A DNA stretch of 60,918 nt, counting the filler, from Globobulimina sp. (Eukaryota): NCBI GenBank assembly GCA_003354225.1. It is 11 parts of 11 records of this genome, joined end to end, with 100 filler letters (N's around TTAATTAATTAA, not from the genome) between each part and the next. Parts side by side here need not be neighbours in the genome. Positions count along the whole stretch, not along the records: positions 55,478 to 60,918 come from PIVH01000572.1; 10 more parts are not named here. One strand, 5' to 3'. A program made the translations under genes and the position numbers. The notes beneath the pieces are model-generated. The model worked only from the letters and a program-made list of their open reading frames with translations, did not search any database and was not told where the DNA came from. Positions 56,124-60,918 of this stretch are shown one piece after another. Positions within the stretch are counted from its first letter, which is position 1, and every line of letters starts with the position of its first letter.

Positions 56124-59100
56124 TCATAATTTTACCGAATATTCTCCATTCCACCCAATGTGTAACGATACATTATCATCATCATCGTTGGAGGATAAAT
56201 TTGAAATTGATGATCCATCGTCATCCTCATCCTCCATTTTGTTATCAATAATTTCATTTTGTTCTTCAATAATTGGTGATAATGACAATATATTATCCAC
56301 ACTTTCGTCTTCTGATTCTTCTTTTTGTTCAACAAAGAATATTCGTGGATGTTGATGCAACTTCGCATTTAACTGTCTATGTTGCGAATTCTTTTCATTA
56401 TTCTCATATAATTGTTTCATAAATAATTCTTCGATTTGATGGATTAAACTTGCTTCATTTTTTGGATATGTTCCATCAATCATTTTAGTTTTATTTTTAT
56501 AGTATTTGTGATAAATAAGTATGCAAAAACAAACAAGAATTGCAATAAATCCTAAAATAACACTCCCATTATTAAACATTGAATATGATATTTTTTCATC
56601 TGCTGCAGTATACGTATTAAATTCTGCTATTTCTTTAATCACAAAATTATTACATTTTAAATTAATATCATTAGCGCCTGAAATTGAAATAATATCAGAA
56701 GACATTGCATTTTGTGCTTCGATTTTCTCATTTGTTTCAAATTCAAATTCAGATTTTAATTTCACAACTTTCGAATTATTTATTTTATGTTGATCCACTA
56801 TAATATCAACTTCAAATGCAAATTCATTTAATTTTTCATCTTTTCCTTCGTAACCTTTAACAATAGAAACATTGCAAAATTTAATATAATCTCGATTTAT
56901 ATCTATAATTTTGATCCAATCATTACATATAAATGCATTGTTATCTTCAATCCATTGTTTAGCAATAAATAAATCATTTCCTTGCATCATTCTCCTCCTC
57001 GTACCGCCTGCTTCAATTAAAAACACCCATTGTAAATACCAATCTGTCTCCAGATTTGTATTTATATCATAATCATTTATTTGCATCGCATGACAAATAT
57101 CAGGCACTTGAACCTTATTCGAACTACATCGCGCATGTCGATTACCACCAAAAAACCAATAATCGCCATTGATTAAAGTCATATTCCCTTTAAACGTAAC
57201 AAAAAACATTCCAGTTTTCCCCTTTCTCAAACCAATATTGTCCCATTGTATCCCATTTACAGTGCCATCATCATTTGAAATAATTTCAAAATCACCATCA
57301 TCTGACACACATTCACTAATTTGCATAAAAGGTGCCAACTCCACTACATTGGCACAACATTTATTAAATCGAATTAATACTCTTTTTAATCTCTCGGGAA
57401 AATTCCAATGTCCTGCAAAACTCTGCGGAAAACACCAATCATCCACACTCCAACTGTCTGCTTCGACGGTCACTGACCAGGCCAAGGTCGTAGTGGCTGA
57501 TAATGAGTTATATAACGTCGACATGTGTGCCATTTTCCATTCTACATGTTCTGTATCCACACAATATTGTTCACAGTCACTTTCTAAATCGGGCCAGCCT
57601 AAATCTGGGCAGCCATCGTCAGTGCTTGTGGTCATAACGCTGGTGCTACTAATACTGGTGCTGGTGGTCGGTGTGGATGTAGTCATCGCAGCAACGGTCG
57701 TGGTTATACTTGTCATATTATTTGTAGGCTCAATTGTAGGTTGGTTTGTAGGTGATTTGCTTTCAAAGCCGCAAATATCTGGTACAACAATATCGTGCAA
57801 CGCGCAACGATAATTTGGGCGCGACCCATCAAACCATGATTTTTGGGATGCCACATATGAGCCTTGGGTGGTGATATATTCTCCGGATAATTGCAAACTA
57901 AATTCACTGGTGCTGCCCCGAGATAATTTAAATGGATAAAATATCCAATGATTACCATTGATGCCCCATAATGAGATCTCGTTGTTGTTATCATGCCCCG
58001 TTGACGTGATATTTCTGAGTTTTTCGGGATGTATTAATGTCTCACAACAGGTACTAATATAAAGGAATATAATAGTCATCGCTTGTGTGTTTTTATTGTT
58101 ACTGCGACACCATTCCTCTGTTGGTGGCGGGAGTGCTGAAACGGATGCTTGGTAATTAAATGTTGTTACGTCTGTTAATGTGTTATAATCATAGGATGTA
58201 AATTGAACCTCCCATTCTGTTTCGTTGCCGATATTCTCATTACAGGTTATTGTGCATAATGAATCGGGCTCTCTGTCTGGGCATTTTGTATCCAATGATG
58301 GTCTCAAGGTGGCGGTGCTTGTTGGAGCTTTACTTGGTGTTTGTGACGGATTTTCAGAGGGAGTGATTGTTGGACTTTCGGAAGGAATATGGCTGGGGCC
58401 ATTTGTTGGACTATGCGTTGGCTTTTTTGAGGGAAAATGTGATGGGTTGCCAGTTGGTTCAGCGGTCGGTGATGTGGATGGATTATTTGTTGGTTCTGTG
58501 GTGGGAGTGTATGATGGTGTGTGTGATGGGATATATGTTGGTTCCACTGTAGGTATTTCTGACGGGTTATTTGTGGGGTCCATAGTCGGTGTGCTTGCGT
58601 GCGGCTGAGCTGGAATATTGGTAGGTTCAATCGTAGGTTGATTGGTAGGTGTTTTTGATGGAATATATGTTGGTTCATTGGTTGGAATTTGCGATGGATG
58701 GTTTGTAGCGCCAATGATGGTTGGTTCGTTGGTTGGAGTTGTTGATGGAATATAGGTTGGTTCATTGGTGGGTTGATTACTTGGAATGAGAGATGGAATA
58801 TTTGTTGGTTTAACTGTAGGTGGATTGGTGGGTATTTGTGATGGAATATCTGTGGGCTCAGTGGTGGGGTCACTGCTTGGAATTGCTGTTGGGAAATCTG
58901 TAGGACTCACTGTTGCCGTTTGTGAAGGTATTTGGGTGGTTGGTGGCAATGGAATCATATCATCTTCGCCAACTATAATAACAGTTAATTACAATACAAA
59001 AAACAGTATGAAAATATATATAGACAATAATAACATACCACAAACAACGCATATATTTCCAAACGGTGTATATTGAGAAACTGCGTTATATGCAACATTG

Positions 59101-60918
59101 AATGGGGAGAAATCATAATAAACAAATAATAATCCATTTATACTTGCAAAATGTTGACTTGCTTGAGGTTGATAGTATATATTATCACTAACATTTTGCA
59201 ATGCAATTTCTATGTTTTTAACATCTTTTTTGGAGACATTATACAATTGGATGTTTATATGATATTCATGGTTTGGTAACAGATAATTATATTCACCATT
59301 TTTATTGCGGACAGGTAATTGTACATCATATCTATTGTTGGCTATCTCTCCATTATATTTATTAGATTTTGCAATATATTTATCAGCAGCATAATCATAT
59401 ACAGATATTTGAATGTGATTATACGTTTTTAGTCCATAAATATAAACTTGAATGGATTGGATAATTTCTTGAAAACTTAATTCCGAAGTAGTCAGATTCC
59501 AACCCGCAGTCATTGGTTTATTGACTACCCAATTTGCTTTGAACACGGTAGTGTGGAGATTTTTGGTCTCATCATACAGCGGTAAATCACAGTCATAACA
59601 TTGTTGCGGACAGTATTTGTGTGTTATTTCAATATTTAATTGTTTTATCAATATATCCGTTTCATACGCTGCTGTAATTACTAACCCTGTATCTTGTTGA
59701 TGAAGCTCATCAAACGTACCATTTATACATTTAATATCATACAATGGGTACAAATTATTGTATATTAATGATTGATAATCATGAATTAAATATGATTCAT
59801 AAATATCATCTGTTGCAGTACATATGTCCTGATATGACATATTCTGATTAATAACATACATTTCATCGATAAATATTAATGTTTGTAACGCACCGTGCAT
59901 TGATTTATATGGATACACATTTTCTTTTATGTGTCGCATCGCAGCATCTAACAACGAGTGTGAATTTTCATTTGATGTTGGTTCAAGAGATTGAAGCAAT
60001 GATAATATTTGCGACAGTTGTGGATAATCATTGATTGGTTCGTCATTTAGATTATAATACGTATTTATATTGTTGCCATCAAAGGTGACAATTGCAATAT
60101 GTAACGAGGAGGATACAAATGGTATAATACTATCCTGTACTAAATTAAATGTGGACATTATTACGGAGGAAATTGTATCAATCCAACAATTAAAACACTG
60201 CGTATTATTATTTTTTGCAGTTAAATCGATAACAAATACCAAATCCATATCACTGGTAACACACTGATCCATTGGTAGATATTCATCCACCTGTGGCCAT
60301 GTTATATTTATCAACGAATCACATGCATTTTGATTCACATTTAAATTGTTTATATCAATATCATCAATAAAATCATAAAAAGAATGAAAAGATGAGGACG
60401 GAATAACAGACGAATTCGTTTGAATCACAGAGTAATTTTGTGAATAATTGTTTATCAAACAATGGATTGATTGTTCAAACAATGGTAACAGTGTATCATC
60501 ACCAAATTCATCAATAAATACTGCACCAAATATAGGATTATATGAATTAAATTCATTTACTGTTTCCATATCAGAACATGGTGACTCTTCATTCTCTGGA
60601 ACTTCGTCGGTAATTACTAACGTAAATAACATATCATTTGGTTTATTCTCTGGGAAAATAACCATTGTAGCTACACTCAATGCGCCTTCTACATATATAT
60701 AAAAAGCAAAATAGAATAAATTAAACAACAAATATAAAACAGAGAACATATCATAACTGAGATGTGCGGTTGTAGTTCGATTGGGATTTTTAATAATAAT
60801 ATCATTAATATCATATAATAAATTATGTTTTAATACCATTTGATTGCCCCAATTATAGACATCTAATGATTGTAGAATATCAAAGGAACAATTTGCATCA
60901 CAAAAGGTAATACAAATA
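56124..60918 (-). CDS. Large type-I cell-surface protein: VWA-like domain, PT-repeat stalk, two Cys-rich repeat domains, TM; 5'-partial
   Basis: MDLVFVIDLT..IAIVTFD (VWA-like). Phase-1 intron 59038-58973 joins the ORFs; a probable in-frame 69-nt intron at 60757-60689. TM segment VILGFIAILVCFCILIY. Confidence 0.8.
58300..58950 (-). repeat. Coding 12-bp repeat array (P[TS]xx, PT repeat)
   Basis: About 50 PTxx/PSxx tetrapeptides. Confidence 0.9.

Noticed and set aside
1-60918. Apparent clustering of three RT-encoding elements, and of BEACH next to DOP1
   Set aside because: They lie on separate size-sorted contigs, so adjacency carries no information.
1-60918. Non-standard genetic code
   Set aside because: TAA, TAG and TGA all terminate recognisable genes, and long ORFs translate cleanly in the standard code.
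1-60918. tRNA, rRNA or CRISPR arrays
   Set aside because: No cloverleaf, rRNA-like segment or repeat-spacer array was seen by eye; only a tRNA-complementary PBS at 44508-44521.

Overview
This is not one continuous locus. It is 11 unrelated, size-sorted contigs (5453 down to 5441 bp) joined by artificial 100-nt linkers (N44-TTAATTAATTAA-N44). Contig spans: 1-5453, 5554-11004, 11105-16554, 16655-22104, 22205-27653, 27754-33202, 33303-38748, 38849-44291, 44392-49834, 49935-55377, 55478-60918. The content is AT-rich, gene-dense eukaryotic DNA with short GT-AG introns (about 50-70 nt); a protist such as a foraminiferan/rhizarian is my inference. Host genes include DOP1, UTP20, NBS1, a BEACH-WD40 protein, ceramide synthase, a formin, a mitochondrial carrier and a VWA/PT-repeat surface protein. 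Three retroelement classes are present: an APE-RT LINE, a Ty3/Gypsy LTR element, and a PAT/DIRS-type tyrosine-recombinase retrotransposon. Most notable observations: (1) the YR element appears to have one shared first exon that reads through into Pol or splices in phase to Gag or to the recombinase, so pol sits inside a gag intron; (2) a gene whose two middle exons are inverted between 6-bp inverted microhomologies and which reassembles in phase when flipped back; (3) a Gypsy Gag with two CCCH fingers; (4) a GTPase with a nested His/Cys zinc-ladder tail. All family calls are from motif recognition by eye, not database searches.
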